Notes: generated by a model from the letters alone, not told the origin. A DNA stretch of 64,000 nucleotides from Pseudomonadota bacterium (GCA_038529355.1 JBCBDU010000001.1:90565-154564), one strand, 5' to 3'. Counted from the first letter of the stretch, positions 1 to 10,258 are shown. A program made the numbers and translations.

Positions 1-1156
1 CGGCGGACGTGCCGCTGCCGCTTAGCGCTAACTCCTCGCCAGTATCGACGCGAAACAGTCGATAGTCCGCACCGTCATTGAGCAGCCGGTATTCCGTTTC
101 ACGTATCGCGCCCAGGTCCTCAATGCTCACCGACACGGTGGCATTGCTGGCATTCGCTGACGAACTCGTCACGCGCGGCGGCGCGACACGGAAGACATCT
201 CCGCCCAATGCACCGCTTGCGTCCAGACCCTGAGCATTTTGTGCATTGATCGCGGTACTGACCGCCGTCGCAGATGCACCTAGCGAGCGCCGTGCTGGGT
301 CGAGAATGTCAGATTGAAAGTCTAATAACGCGCCGATCGAACCGCCTGTCAGCAGATCCTCAACCGGCGTCGTGCCGGTCAGGCCAACGTAGACCACTTG
401 ACTGCGCGTGGGGTCGAATTCGGCGGGCTGTACCTCGAGTCGGAAATTGTCACTGTCGACAACGAGCGTCTGGCCCTTGCCAATAAACACATTGACAGAG
501 CCTTGCGGGTTTTCAACGGTCGTGACATCGACACGTTCGCTGAGCTCACGGATCAGGTTGTCTCGACGATCGAGCAGGTCGTTGGGCGCATTGCTGATGC
601 CCGCGTTAACAATGCTCTGGTTCACATCGGCAATGGACTCTGCGAGCTGATTGATTTCGACGACATTCTGCGCAATAGCCTGATCAGCTTCGGTATCGAT
701 AGCACCTATACGCGCATCTAGCGCCTCGAAGCGCGCGATCAGATTGCTTGCTTCGGCGAACAACGCATCGCGCGAAGGGGAAGCTGGGTCAGCCGCAAAA
801 TCCTGGATAGCACCGTAAAACTGAGACAACGCCGGCCCGAGACCTGCATCCGGGTCAGCCAACAAGTCGTCGACGCGACCGGCGAATGACGCCAATGTCG
901 CGAACCGTGTAGCAGACGAGCCAGCAGTGCGCGCCTGGTCGGTTAAGAATGCATTGTAGTTTCGCTCAATGCCGCTGATCGTAACGCCGCGTCCTGCAAA
1001 ACCAAGGCCGACAAATTGTGGATCACGCGCCTGAAACGTCACGCTCTGGCGACTGTAGCCTTCCGTATTGACGTTCGCGATATTGTTGCTAATGGTGTCC
1101 AACGAGCGACGGAATGCCGTCAATGCATCGGTACCAATGCCAAATAATGTCGTCAT
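1..1156 (-). CDS. flgK: Flagellar hook-associated protein 1 FlgK, N-terminal part (3' end lies outside the window)
   Basis: Reverse-strand ORF open at the window edge, so absent from the ORF track. ATG at 1156-1154 follows GGAG. N-terminus MTTLFGIGTDALTAFRRSLDTISNNIANVNTEGYSRQ is the flagellar axial-protein N-terminal repeat. Its position right after flgJ fits flgK. Confidence 0.85.
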   Translation of the reverse strand, partial: MTTLFGIGTDALTAFRRSLDTISNNIANVNTEGYSRQSVTFQARDPQFVGLGFAGRGVTISGIERNYNAFLTDQARTAGSSATRFATLASFAGRVDDLLADPDAGLGPALSQFYGAIQDFAADPASPSRDALFAEASNLIARFEALDARIGAIDTEADQAIAQNVVEINQLAESIADVNQSIVNAGISNAPNDLLDRRDNLIRELSERVDVTTVENPQGSVNVFIGKGQTLVVDSDNFRLEVQPAEFDPTRSQVVYVGLTGTTPVEDLLTGGSIGALLDFQSDILDPARRSLGASATAVSTAINAQNAQGLDASGALGGDVFRVAPPRVTSSSANASNATVSVSIEDLGAIRETEYRLLNDGADYRLFRVDTGEELALSGSGTSA

Positions 1157-1200
1157 CGACGATCACTCCATAAATTCATCTGCGCGCAGTCACTCACGTG

Positions 1201-2073
1201 CTACTCGACTCTACCGGTTAGCGACGCCAGATCGTATTCCTTGAGACTTGCCAGCGCATCACGCATCGTCTCGCTGGTCGCGACCTGGTCTATTTTTTGC
1301 GCGTATTGCGGATCAGTTGCGTAGCCTGCAGCCTGCAGCGCGCTAGCGAAACCGTTGATATCGTTGGCGTGACCGGTCACGTTAGCGTAGCGCGGTTTGT
1401 CCGCGAGAAAGCGCGTGTAGTCATCAAACGCCGCACCGAGCGATGGGTACGCGCGAAACGATTGTTTGCGTTTTTGCATCGCACCGGCTGTAAATTCGAG
1501 TGTCGGTTGCGACACCTGACTGCCAGTCCAGTTGCCGCTCGCCTTGATACCAAACAGATTCAAGCTGTTGCCGCCCTCGGCGTCGGGCATGACGCGCTGA
1601 CCCCAGCCCGTTTCGAGCGCAGCCTGCGCAACGATGGCTAACGGACTCACACCAAGTTCCTGAGCTGCCTTCTTGGCAAACGGCAGAACGTCCTTAACGA
1701 ACGCGTTGGGCGAGTGCCACTTCGTCGCGTATTGCACGGTACCTGTGGGTCTCATGGCGACCGGCTGCGGCGTAACGGGTTCTCCGCCCAGCTGACGCAC
1801 GATCATATCGGCCACGCCAATACCCGGACCGCTCGCAATATCCGTCGCAACCTGTTGATCGAACATGTCGCGAAACAGCGTTTGACCACCGGACTCCGGA
1901 AGCAGCGGATCACCGAAGCTGGCATCGCGCATGCTCTCCAACATCCTTTGTACAAACAACGCTTCAAATTGCTCGGCAACCGTGTTTAGCGCTGCGTTGT
2001 TGGCGCTCGCATCAGCGCGCGTCGCATCGACGCGCAAGCTGGCAAACTGGCTAAAGTCGGTGATCGCTGACAT
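1201..2073 (-). CDS. flgJ: Flagellar rod assembly protein / peptidoglycan hydrolase FlgJ
   Basis: 290 aa. N-terminal rod-binding motif FEALFVQRMLESMR. C-terminal glucosaminidase-like region LAIVAQAALETGWGQ. Gene order flgI-flgJ-flgK. Confidence 0.9.
   Translation of the reverse strand: MSAITDFSQFASLRVDATRADASANNAALNTVAEQFEALFVQRMLESMRDASFGDPLLPESGGQTLFRDMFDQQVATDIASGPGIGVADMIVRQLGGEPVTPQPVAMRPTGTVQYATKWHSPNAFVKDVLPFAKKAAQELGVSPLAIVAQAALETGWGQRVMPDAEGGNSLNLFGIKASGNWTGSQVSQPTLEFTAGAMQKRKQSFRAYPSLGAAFDDYTRFLADKPRYANVTGHANDINGFASALQAAGYATDPQYAQKIDQVATSETMRDALASLKEYDLASLTGRVE
1218..1245 (-). promoter_or_regulatory. Candidate sigma-28 (FliA) promoter for flgK, inside the 3' end of flgJ
   Basis: Minus strand reads CTCAAG-GAATACGATCTGGC-GTCGCTAA. 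That is TCAA, a 15-nt spacer, then GTCGCTAA versus the remembered consensus TAAA/TCAAG-N15-GCCGATAA. It lies about 60 nt upstream of the flgK ATG. Confidence 0.35.
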
Positions 2074-2083
2074 AACGAAACCG

Positions 2084-3193
2084 TTAGATCACAAGCAACT
2101 CGGCGCGCAACGCACCTGCTTGCTTAAGTGCCTCAAGGATCGCCACTAGATCGCCGGGGGCCGCGCCCACCTGATTCACCGCCTGCACAATTTCATTCAG
2201 ACTGGTGCCCGGTGCGAACAGAAACATACGATTGTCTTCTTCCTCAACCGTGACATCCGATTCGCTGGCCAAAACCGTTTGGCCGTCACTAAACGGGGCT
2301 GGCTGACTGATGACCGGCGACTCGCTAATTGTAACGACCAGCGAGCCGTGCGCTACCGCAGCCGGCATCACCGTCACGTTGGAGCCAATCACCACGGTGC
2401 CGGTTCTTGAGTTGATGATGACCTTAGCCGCTACGGGTGCGAGTTCAACGTCGATACCTTCGAGCACGCTGATAAAGGATGTGCGCGCACCGGGTTGCAG
2501 CGGTGCCTGGACGCGGACGCTAACAGCATCCATCGCTTCGGCAACACCGCCGCCGAGCAAGTCATTGATCGCCTTCGACATGCGGTGCGCCATCGTGAAG
2601 TCTGGCGTGTTCAGATTCAGCACAACGTATTCTTCAGTGTTGAAACTGGCGGGTACTGCGCGCTCAACGCTGGCGCCATTCGGGATGCGTCCTGCGCTGG
2701 GTATGTTGACCGTTATGCGCGAACCGTCCAGACCTTCGCCACCAAAACCGCCGACGACCAAATTACCTTGCGCAACCGCATAGACCTGTCCGTCAATCCC
2801 TTTCAGCGGGGTCATCAACAAACTGCCGCCGCGCAAGCTTTTGGCGTTGCCGATCGACGACACCGTGACATCGATAGACTGGCCGGGTTTGGAGAACGCC
2901 GGCAGATTGGCGTGCACCGACACGGCCGCGACATTTTGTACTTGTGCCAGCACACCTTCAGGCGTGGTGATGCCGAACTGAGTAAGCATGTTTTGCAAAC
3001 TCTGAATGGTAAACGGCGTCTGCGCGGTTTGATCTCCAGTGCCATTCAAACCGACCACAAGGCCGTAACCGACAAGCTGATTGCTGCGCACGCCGGCAAC
3101 GTCGGCCAGATCACGCACGCGCTCCGCCTGCGCTGGCATCGCCAGTGACACGCTCGTCAGCAACAGCAGCGCTATCTTGAATCGTTCCATCAT
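2084..3193 (-). CDS. flgI: Flagellar P-ring protein FlgI
   Basis: Start moved to [12 protein letters not shown] (ATG 3193), which gives a signal peptide ending AQA and removes the overlap with flgH. Mature N-terminus [31 protein letters not shown] is the classic FlgI sequence. Confidence 0.93.
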   Translation of the reverse strand: MMERFKIALLLLTSVSLAMPAQAERVRDLADVAGVRSNQLVGYGLVVGLNGTGDQTAQTPFTIQSLQNMLTQFGITTPEGVLAQVQNVAAVSVHANLPAFSKPGQSIDVTVSSIGNAKSLRGGSLLMTPLKGIDGQVYAVAQGNLVVGGFGGEGLDGSRITVNIPSAGRIPNGASVERAVPASFNTEEYVVLNLNTPDFTMAHRMSKAINDLLGGGVAEAMDAVSVRVQAPLQPGARTSFISVLEGIDVELAPVAAKVIINSRTGTVVIGSNVTVMPAAVAHGSLVVTISESPVISQPAPFSDGQTVLASESDVTVEEEDNRMFLFAPGTSLNEIVQAVNQVGAAPGDLVAILEALKQAGALRAELLVI

Positions 3194-3207
3194 CGGTTTT
3201 GCACCTG

Positions 3208-3894
3208 TTAGTTGGGGAACCATGCAGACTGCACAAAGCGTTGCAGCCAACCCATTTTATTGGCCGCGGCCAGAACGCCTTTGCTGCTGTAGGTAATGCG
3301 CGCATCCGCAACGCGACTGGATGCGACACTGTTGTCGGTACCGATGTCGTAGGGCCGCACGATACCTGACAGGCGAATGAACTCATCCCCTTGATTCAGG
3401 GTTACCCATTTCTCACCACGCACGAGCAGGTTGCCATTGGACAAGCGCTTGACCACAGTGACGGTGATATCGCCATCCAGACTATTGCTCTGCGCGCTCG
3501 TGCCTTCGCCGTTAAATTGGGCCGAACCACTCAGCGTTGCCGACAGCACTTCGTTGCCGTCGCGCGTCACGGTTTGTCCAAGAATGCTTGGGCTGGCAAA
3601 GTCTGCACTACTGGATTTACCCGCTGTTGTGCTCGAAGACTTGGCCGCTGTCGTATTTTCCTGCAGACGAATCGTCAGAATGTCCCCGACGCGTCGCGCG
3701 CGCAGATCTTCGAATAGCCGTACATCAACGTTTTGCTGGTAGATTGCACCGGCTTCGGCCGGCCCAGTCGCGGCCTCAACTGGCAGGGGGGGCGAATAGT
3801 CAGGACCGCGCATCATCTGCACGACACAGCCACTCATGATCAGGGTCAAAACACAGACACATCCGTTGCGTAGCGTGTTGTTGAGAAATTTCAT
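3208..3894 (-). CDS. flgH: Flagellar L-ring lipoprotein FlgH
   Basis: 228 aa with lipobox LIMSGC. FlgH-like body ([24 protein letters not shown]). Sits between flgG and flgI. Confidence 0.92.
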   Translation of the reverse strand: MKFLNNTLRNGCVCVLTLIMSGCVVQMMRGPDYSPPLPVEAATGPAEAGAIYQQNVDVRLFEDLRARRVGDILTIRLQENTTAAKSSSTTAGKSSSADFASPSILGQTVTRDGNEVLSATLSGSAQFNGEGTSAQSNSLDGDITVTVVKRLSNGNLLVRGEKWVTLNQGDEFIRLSGIVRPYDIGTDNSVASSRVADARITYSSKGVLAAANKMGWLQRFVQSAWFPN

Positions 3895-3903
3895 CAGCGC
3901 GCC

Positions 3904-4689
3904 TTACAAGTTATTCGTCAGGAACTGCATCATCTGATCATTGGTCGAGATCGCTTTCGAATTCATTTCGTAAGCGCGCTGTGTCTCGATCATGTTGACC
4001 AACTCTTCCACAACATTAACGTTCGAACCCTCCAAAGCTCCCTGCTGCAATGCACCCAGTCCGTTCAATCCGGGCGTGCCTGGCGCCGGTGCGCCGCTGG
4101 ACACGGTTTCCAGATAGAGATTCTCACCGCGCGGCTGCAGACCAACCGGGTTGATGAAATCCACTAGCTGCAGTGTGCCGACCTGCGTTGGCGAGGTTTG
4201 ACCGGCCAGTTGCACGCTGACGACGCCGTCGTTACCAATCGTGATGGATTGTGCCGAATTCGGAATAGTGATTGCCGGCTGCACGGTGTAGCCGCTCGAT
4301 GTGACGACCTGACCCTGCGCATTGCGCTGAAACGAGCCATCGCGGCTGTAGGCCAACTGACCGTCCGGCAGCAACACCTGAAAGTAGCCACGCCCCTGAA
4401 TCGCAACATCGAGCGGGCTCTCGGATTGCACCAGACCGCCTTGCGTATGTAGCTGCTCGGTTGCAACCACCCGAACTCCGGTACCGACGTTCAGTCCAGT
4501 CGGCAGAACGGTATCCTGCGACGTCTGGCCACCGACCTGGCGGCGATTCTGATAAATCAGATCTTCAAAAACAGCGCGCCCGCGTTTGAAACCGTTCGTG
4601 TTGACGTTGGCAAGGTTGTTCGACACCACCGTCATCTTGGTTTGCTGGGCATCGAGGCCGGTCTTGGCGACCCATAGTGCTTGGTTCAT
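3904..4689 (-). CDS. flgG: Flagellar distal rod protein FlgG
   Basis: 261 aa. N-terminus [27 protein letters not shown] and C-terminus [24 protein letters not shown]. Confidence 0.95.
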   Translation of the reverse strand: MNQALWVAKTGLDAQQTKMTVVSNNLANVNTNGFKRGRAVFEDLIYQNRRQVGGQTSQDTVLPTGLNVGTGVRVVATEQLHTQGGLVQSESPLDVAIQGRGYFQVLLPDGQLAYSRDGSFQRNAQGQVVTSSGYTVQPAITIPNSAQSITIGNDGVVSVQLAGQTSPTQVGTLQLVDFINPVGLQPRGENLYLETVSSGAPAPGTPGLNGLGALQQGALEGSNVNVVEELVNMIETQRAYEMNSKAISTNDQMMQFLTNNL

Positions 4690-4701
4690 TGTCTTACTCC
4701 G

Positions 4702-5442
4702 TTATCGCAGACGCAGCAGCGCTGCTGCAGAATCTGCATTCTCTTCGGCGGTTTTGATCGTCTTGACCTGCATTTCATAGTGACGCGCCAGTCCGATCAT
4801 CGTCACCAGTGCATCGGCCACATTGACGTTGCTGGTCTCCAGTGCGCCAGGCGTGACCTTCACACTAGCGTCCGCATCAAAGGGCGCCGCATCCGTGCGG
4901 CGAAAAAGGCCATCCGTGCCTTTAACCAATTCTGATGTGGTTGGATTGACCAATTTGATTCGGTCGACCGTTGCGAGCGTTTGCGGCCCCTGACCCAGTG
5001 GCTGTACCGAGATGGTGCCATCCGGTCCGATCGTGACTGATGTGCTCGGCGGTATCGCCACCGGACCACCGTTACCAATCACCGGGTCCCCTTTGGCTGT
5101 CAATAGCTGACCAACATTATTCAGGCGCAAGTCGCCGGCGCGAGTATAGGCTTCAGTGCCATCCGCCGCCTGCACCGCCAGAAAGCCTTCTCCGGCAATA
5201 GCCACATCGAGATCACGGCCCGTTGTGACCGTCATTCCTTGCGTGAAGTCTGTGCCAAAGCGCTCGTTAATCGCGTTAACGCGCGTAGGTCGCCCTGCAC
5301 CTTCGACGGCCAGCGAGCTGAAGCCGTGCAAATCGGCTCGAAAACCGGTCGTCGTTGCGTTCGCAAGATTATTACTGTTAACGGTTTGCGCAATCTCCGT
5401 TTGGCGCGCCCCTGTCATTGCAATGTAGGCCATTCTATCCAT
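4702..5442 (-). CDS. flgF: Flagellar proximal rod protein FlgF
   Basis: 246 aa. N-terminus TVNSNNLANATTTGFRAD and C-terminus SNVNVADALVTMIGLARHYEMQVK. Gene order supports the call. Confidence 0.93.
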   Translation of the reverse strand: MDRMAYIAMTGARQTEIAQTVNSNNLANATTTGFRADLHGFSSLAVEGAGRPTRVNAINERFGTDFTQGMTVTTGRDLDVAIAGEGFLAVQAADGTEAYTRAGDLRLNNVGQLLTAKGDPVIGNGGPVAIPPSTSVTIGPDGTISVQPLGQGPQTLATVDRIKLVNPTTSELVKGTDGLFRRTDAAPFDADASVKVTPGALETSNVNVADALVTMIGLARHYEMQVKTIKTAEENADSAAALLRLR

Positions 5443-5479
5443 GAACTCACCTGTTGAATAATGCGGTCAGACGTTCAAG

Positions 5480-6700
5480 CTATCGACGAATGTTGATCAC
5501 AGTCTGAGTCACGGTGTCAGCCGTAGAGATCATCTGTGCATTCGCCTGAAAGTTTCTCTGCGCTGTGATCATGTTGACGAGCTGAGCCGTCAAATCGACA
5601 TTGGACGCTTCCAGCGCACCAGCTTGAATCAACCCAAATCGTCCTGTGCCGGCATCGCCCAACGCCGCATCACCGGACGCAAAGGACTCTGCCCAGTTGG
5701 TATCACCGTCCTGCTGTAAACCTTGTGGGTTGACGAACGTTGCCAGCGCAAGCTTGCCCAACGACGTTGATTGTCCGTTCGTAAATTGCGCGAAAACAAC
5801 ACCTGTTGCACTGACCTCAAGACCGGTGAGTCGACCGGTCGTAAAGCCGTCCTGCGTGACGGAGTTGACCCCGAAAGCCTCACCAAACTGCGTTGTGTCA
5901 ACGAACCGAAGGGTCAAGTCTAGCGGCTCGGCACCATTGCCAGGATCGTAGGGCACCAAAGATACAGCCCCGTCCGCAGGCAAATTCAGTCGACCATCCG
6001 GGCCAAACTGAAAGGGTTGCGGCGTTCCAACGACGTTGCCATCGATCGTCGTTTGTACCGTCCACTCGCCATCGTTCGCACCTTTGATGAAATACGAAGT
6101 TGCGGTATGCGCAGCGCCAAGCGTGTCGTACACCGTAACGGCCGTGGTGTAGCTAAAACTGGATGCATCGTCCGGGTCAAACACGGGGTTGATCGGCTGA
6201 GGCTCGCCAACCGGCAAGTTCAATCCAAACGATACGTTCTCCGAAGCCTCCGGTGGGTTGGCGCCGGTATTGAGCTGCAGATCGGTTAGGTTGCCCGTAT
6301 TGAAAAGACCATCAACGCCTACCGGATAGGATTGCACCCGCAAGCCGTTGCTATTGACTACAAAACCGTCGCGATCAACGCTGAAGTTCCCCGCTCGCGT
6401 GTAAAGGCGCTGCCCGGAGTCACTGAGCACAAAAAATCCTTCGCCGGAAATCGCAAGGTCGAGACTGTTCTCAGTAAAGTCGATGTTGCCCTGCGTGAAC
6501 TGTTGCGAGATATTCGACAAACGAACACCGCTGCCACTCACCGTTGAGCTTACGCTTTGCGTGCCAACGGCAAAGACCTCGGCAAATTGGGCACGCGAGC
6601 CCTTAAATCCTGTCGTATTGACGTTGGCGATGTTGTTGGCGGTGACACCAAGGTCGGACGATGCGGCGTTAAGACCGCTCAGTGCAATTCGAAATGGCAT
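5480..6700 (-). CDS. flgE: Flagellar hook protein FlgE
   Basis: 406 aa. N-terminus SGLNAASSDLGVTANNIANVNTTGFKGSR and C-terminus SNVDLTAQLVNMITAQRNFQANAQ. Confidence 0.93.
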   Translation of the reverse strand: MPFRIALSGLNAASSDLGVTANNIANVNTTGFKGSRAQFAEVFAVGTQSVSSTVSGSGVRLSNISQQFTQGNIDFTENSLDLAISGEGFFVLSDSGQRLYTRAGNFSVDRDGFVVNSNGLRVQSYPVGVDGLFNTGNLTDLQLNTGANPPEASENVSFGLNLPVGEPQPINPVFDPDDASSFSYTTAVTVYDTLGAAHTATSYFIKGANDGEWTVQTTIDGNVVGTPQPFQFGPDGRLNLPADGAVSLVPYDPGNGAEPLDLTLRFVDTTQFGEAFGVNSVTQDGFTTGRLTGLEVSATGVVFAQFTNGQSTSLGKLALATFVNPQGLQQDGDTNWAESFASGDAALGDAGTGRFGLIQAGALEASNVDLTAQLVNMITAQRNFQANAQMISTADTVTQTVINIRR

Positions 6701-6726
6701 GCGGAGTACTCCTGCTAGAAATCGGT

Positions 6727-7410
6727 TTAATTAAAAATCTGACGGACGTCGGCAAATGAGAAGACGCCAAGACTGCCGCTATTGATAGTCACACCCTCGC
6801 CGTTTCGCCCTAACGTGACGCTGCCAACGTTGGTTCGTACCATGGTCGGTACACTCTCAACTTGGTCTGCACGTACAACACGTGCGTTGAATTGATATAT
6901 GCCGGGTGCTACGGATGCACCATCGGCGTCTGTACCGTTCCAGCTGAATGCGGCATTGCCTGGCTGCTGAACGCCCAGCTCAAGTGTCTGTACCAGTTGC
7001 CCGCTGGCGTCGAGCACATCTAACGTTACACTGCCACTGGCACCATCGATCTCGATAGCGCCGTTGACCGACTCACCGGCGCCACTTGTGCGTACCAGTT
7101 CAGATGCAACCAATACATCGCGACCAACCAGCGATGCAGCTTGCAGCGCCTGGTCACTGTAAATACTGGTTGAGAAGTCCGAGAATGCCGTTTGCAACTC
7201 TTCGATACCGCTGGCAGTTGAGAATTGCGCCAACTGACTCAGGAATTCCCCGTTCTCCATCGGTTCAAACGGATCCTGATTTTCGAATTGGGCGAGCATC
7301 AGCTCGAGGAATTGTGTTTGCCCAACAGATTGCGTTTCGGGTCCGGTGGTTGGCGAGGTAATCCCGAGGTCCTGCAGTTGCGCGAAGTTTTCAATACCGT
7401 TCATTGTCAT
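6727..7410 (-). CDS. flgD: Flagellar hook capping/assembly protein FlgD
   Basis: 227 aa. Contains the FlgD motif FLELMLAQFENQDPFEPM..EFLSQLAQFS. Sits between flgC and flgE. Confidence 0.9.
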   Translation of the reverse strand: MTMNGIENFAQLQDLGITSPTTGPETQSVGQTQFLELMLAQFENQDPFEPMENGEFLSQLAQFSTASGIEELQTAFSDFSTSIYSDQALQAASLVGRDVLVASELVRTSGAGESVNGAIEIDGASGSVTLDVLDASGQLVQTLELGVQQPGNAAFSWNGTDADGASVAPGIYQFNARVVRADQVESVPTMVRTNVGSVTLGRNGEGVTINSGSLGVFSFADVRQIFN

Positions 7411-7422
7411 TGACCTTGTGCG

Positions 7423-7851
7423 TTACGAGCGACCCATCGACAGTGTTTGTGTCAACAGCTCTTTGGTGGTGTTCATGATTTCAATACTGGATTGGTAAGA
7501 GCGCGAGGCCGACAACATGTTGACCATCTCCTCCACTGTATTGACGTTACTAACATAGACGTTGCCGTCTGCATCGGCTTCGGGATGATCTGGTGCATAG
7601 CGCTGCGCGAGCGGCGCGTTGCTTTCAATGATGTCGGTGATCTGCACACCCAGCGCGCTGCGCTCGGCGCCCAACAGAGCACCGAAGCTCGTCTGCGTGG
7701 TTTGGAAAACCGGCTGACGCGAGCGGTACACCTTAGTGGCATCACCATTGACACTGTCTGCGTTGGCCAAATTGCTCGCAGTCGTATTCAACCGCGTCGC
7801 TTGTGCCGCCATCGCCGAACCGGCGATATCAAAGACTCTGTTCAAAGCCAT
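7423..7851 (-). CDS. flgC: Flagellar basal-body rod protein FlgC
   Basis: 142 aa. N-terminus FDIAGSAMAAQATRLNTTASNLANADS and C-terminus SNVNTVEEMVNMLSASRSYQ. Confidence 0.95.
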   Translation of the reverse strand: MALNRVFDIAGSAMAAQATRLNTTASNLANADSVNGDATKVYRSRQPVFQTTQTSFGALLGAERSALGVQITDIIESNAPLAQRYAPDHPEADADGNVYVSNVNTVEEMVNMLSASRSYQSSIEIMNTTKELLTQTLSMGRS

Positions 7852-7853
7852 GC

Positions 7854-8249
7854 CTACGAACCTCCCCGGATGGCCAATTGCAAACCCTGGATTTTGCGGT
7901 TAATGAAGCTGAGCGATGCCTGGTAGCCAATCGTGTTGTCGGCGTACTGCGCTTGCTCGATATCCGTCTCAACCGTGTTGCCGTCAACCGATGGCTGTGC
8001 AGGCATCCGGTAAGCGAGCGAGACACGCGATTCAAATAAACTGTCATTGACCGGGATGTGATCGACCGAAGTGGTTGACAATCGCAACGGTGCATTCAAT
8101 GACTCACCGGCCATCGCAAGCTGAAAGTCAAAGTCGCGCGCCTTGAACCCCGGGGTATCGGCATTGGCAATGTTATTGGCGAGCACTTCCGTGCGTTCGG
8201 CGCGTAGTGACAGTGCTTTGGCATGTTGTGCAAACGGATCAATGTTCAT
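7854..8249 (-). CDS. flgB: Flagellar basal-body rod protein FlgB
   Basis: Start moved to MNIDPFAQHAK (ATG 8249, GGAG 12 nt upstream). Contains LANNIANADTPGFKARD. The 24-codon extension in the ORF track has no support. Confidence 0.92.
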   Translation of the reverse strand: MNIDPFAQHAKALSLRAERTEVLANNIANADTPGFKARDFDFQLAMAGESLNAPLRLSTTSVDHIPVNDSLFESRVSLAYRMPAQPSVDGNTVETDIEQAQYADNTIGYQASLSFINRKIQGLQLAIRGGS

Positions 8250-8304
8250 GAGCTGTGCACCTCCGATGTGCAAATGCTGTGTTTCAACAACCCGCAGTGG
8301 ATAA

Positions 8305-8320
8305 AGCAAACGACGTGCCA
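8305..8320 (-). promoter_or_regulatory. Sigma-54 promoter for flgBCDE...
   Basis: Minus strand reads TGGCAC-GTCGT-TTGCT, a full match to TGGCAC-N5-TTGCW. The -12 element lies about 55 nt upstream of the flgB ATG. Confidence 0.65.
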
Positions 8321-8462
8321 ATCACGCTAAGTAATTGTTTTACCTGACGTTACGATTTCGGACATTCGCTAATAGGGCGCTGCTGGCAAACAACTGGCCG
8401 TTCCGACAGGCAAGAACTTGCCAAACCGTCAAAGCTCTGGCGGATTGCTCGCCGTTGACGCA

Positions 8463-8478
8463 TGGCACAGCATTTGCA
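8463..8478 (+). promoter_or_regulatory. Sigma-54 promoter for flgA(-flgMN)
   Basis: Plus strand reads TGGCAC-AGCAT-TTGCA, an exact consensus match. It lies about 112 nt upstream of the flgA ATG at 8590, divergent from the flgB promoter. Confidence 0.65.
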
Positions 8479-8589
8479 ACACCTTTCTGGCACTGCCGCC
8501 GACATGGTTCGCTGGCACCCATGCAAGTCCGGCAGCACTGCAAGCGCACCGGTCAAAACACTTGTGACGCGATCAGGAGCACATCATTG

Positions 8590-9297
8590 ATGACAACCCG
8601 TGATGACAGAATTTTGACGATAGCCGTCATGGTATTGAGTCTGGCCGCACCGCCGGCTCACGCGGATTGGCAATCGCCTGAGTCAATTCAGGCAACGGCC
8701 GTCGAGCTGGTGCGTTCCGATCAGGAAGATTCAGCCGCATCATTAGCCATTCGTGCGGCAACGCCGGACGCGCGATTGCGACTTGCTCGCTGCGAACAAC
8801 CGCTGGATGCCAGCTACCTTGGCAAGCGCACCGGCACACGTATGACCATCAGGGTGGCCTGCGGCGGCTCGTTACCGTGGAAAATCTATGTGCCGGTGAC
8901 GGTTACGCGCTTTCAGCGCGTCGTCGTCACGACACGTCATCTGCAACGCGGGCATACGTTGGTCGCCAACGATCTCGACTATCAACGCCGTGACGTGACC
9001 GATGAGCGGATGCAATACGTCACGTCAATAGACGCGGTCATCGGTCAGCGCACAACCAAGACCGTTATCGCTGGCGCACCGCTGACAGCACGCGTGGTCA
9101 GCCCGCCGAATAGTGTCGAAAGTGGTCGTATTGTCACACTGACGGCCAAACGCGCCGGCATCGTGATACGCATGGCTGGCACAGCACTGGACAGCGCCGC
9201 TTTGGGCGAATCGGTACGGGTTCGCAACGACAGCTCCGGTCGCATCGTAGAGGGCGTGGTCAGCGCCAGCAATGAAGTGCTGGTGACCAGTTTCTAG
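8590..9297 (+). CDS. flgA: Flagellar P-ring assembly chaperone FlgA
   Basis: Start moved to MTTRDDRILTIAVMVLSLAAPPAHA, a signal peptide in frame with track ORF 8335. C-terminal FlgA-like region GESVRVRNDSSGRIVEGVV. Divergent from flgB. Confidence 0.85.
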   Translation: MTTRDDRILTIAVMVLSLAAPPAHADWQSPESIQATAVELVRSDQEDSAASLAIRAATPDARLRLARCEQPLDASYLGKRTGTRMTIRVACGGSLPWKIYVPVTVTRFQRVVVTTRHLQRGHTLVANDLDYQRRDVTDERMQYVTSIDAVIGQRTTKTVIAGAPLTARVVSPPNSVESGRIVTLTAKRAGIVIRMAGTALDSAALGESVRVRNDSSGRIVEGVVSASNEVLVTSF

Positions 9298-9333
9298 CTA
9301 ATCGCGACCCGTCAAATTATTGTGGTTGAGACC

Positions 9334-9360
9334 TAAAGTTAGGCCGGCAAGTGCCGCTAA
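9334..9360 (+). promoter_or_regulatory. Sigma-28 (FliA) class III promoter for flgM-flgN-csrA-like
   Basis: CTAAAG at 9333-9338. TAAA (9334-9337), an exact 15-nt spacer, then GCCGCTAA (9353-9360), which matches GCCGATAA at 7 of 8 positions. Confidence 0.7.
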
Positions 9361-9399
9361 CTCAACTGTAAACCTATTTCATGATAAAGGATCATGGTT

Positions 9400-9714
9400 A
9401 TGTCTAACGACATCGACAGCATTTCATCAGGCAATCTTGCGAAAATCAGCGAATCGACTGGCAGTCGTCGGGTCGACGCTGAACGCAGTGAACAGGCACC
9501 TCAGCAACGCGCTGACGCGCCCGCCGGAGACACCGTCGCGTTAACCGATAGCGCCCGGATCGTCGAGCGTGCTGCCAGCAAACTGGCCGATGCGCCATCG
9601 ATCAACCCTGCGTTAGTCGACAGCGTTCGCGAGCAGATCGACAACGGCAGTTATCAGATCGATGACCAGGCGGTTGCCGACAAGATACTGCGTAGCGATC
9701 AAGAGCGCGGTTAA
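9400..9714 (+). CDS. flgM: Anti-sigma-28 factor FlgM
   Basis: About 104 aa. C-terminus VDSVREQIDNGSYQIDDQAVADKIL is FlgM-like. SD AAGGA at 9387-9391 favours the ATG at 9400 over the track start at 9394. Located after flgA. Confidence 0.85.
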   Translation: MSNDIDSISSGNLAKISESTGSRRVDAERSEQAPQQRADAPAGDTVALTDSARIVERAASKLADAPSINPALVDSVREQIDNGSYQIDDQAVADKILRSDQERG

Positions 9715-9718
9715 ATCG

Positions 9719-10213
9719 ATGAGCAACAGTGCCGCGCTGCAGCAGCGTCGAACGCAACTGCAAGAAATCCTGACGCAAACTCAGCGCTCATGCGAGCGAT
9801 TGCGCAATGCGCTCAGCGATGAACGAGATGCGCTGCGCTCGAACGATACGGTGCAGCTGGATACAGCCGTCGGTCGCAAGAAACTGCACCTTGCAGATCT
9901 TGAGAAACTCGAACAGCGGCGCCGCGCGTTGCTGGCCGCATGCAAGCTAAAGGATGACTTGCCGGCTATGCAGCGCTTTGTAACCAGCAGCGATGCCGAC
10001 GGATCGCTGACCAAATTGTGGCAAGCAACGATGGAGCTGGTTGCCGAATGTCGCGATACAAACAACACCAATGGCGCGATCATCGCCGCCCAGCGACAAC
10101 ACAACAGTAAAACCCTTGGCGTGTTGCGCGATCAGCCGGAGGCGCCCGAGACGTACGGCCCAGAAGGCAAAACGGAAACGACCGGACAGTACCGCGCGTT
10201 GGCGGAAGTCTGA
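9719..10213 (+). CDS. flgN: Flagellar export chaperone FlgN family
   Basis: Start at MSNSAALQQRR (ATG 9719), just after the flgM stop. Helical, Q/L/R-rich protein with WQATMELVAECRDTNNTNG, typical of FlgN. Gene order supports the call. Confidence 0.75.
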   Translation: MSNSAALQQRRTQLQEILTQTQRSCERLRNALSDERDALRSNDTVQLDTAVGRKKLHLADLEKLEQRRRALLAACKLKDDLPAMQRFVTSSDADGSLTKLWQATMELVAECRDTNNTNGAIIAAQRQHNSKTLGVLRDQPEAPETYGPEGKTETTGQYRALAEV

Positions 10214-10258
10214 TCGTCCTGACAACGAAAAACGACCATCAATGACAAGGAGTCAGTC

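Noticed and set aside
8488-8520. Two further TGGCAC hexamers upstream of flgA (CTGGCACTGCCG and CTGGCACCCATG)
   Set aside because: Neither has a TTGC element at the -12 position, so they are not counted as sigma-54 promoters.
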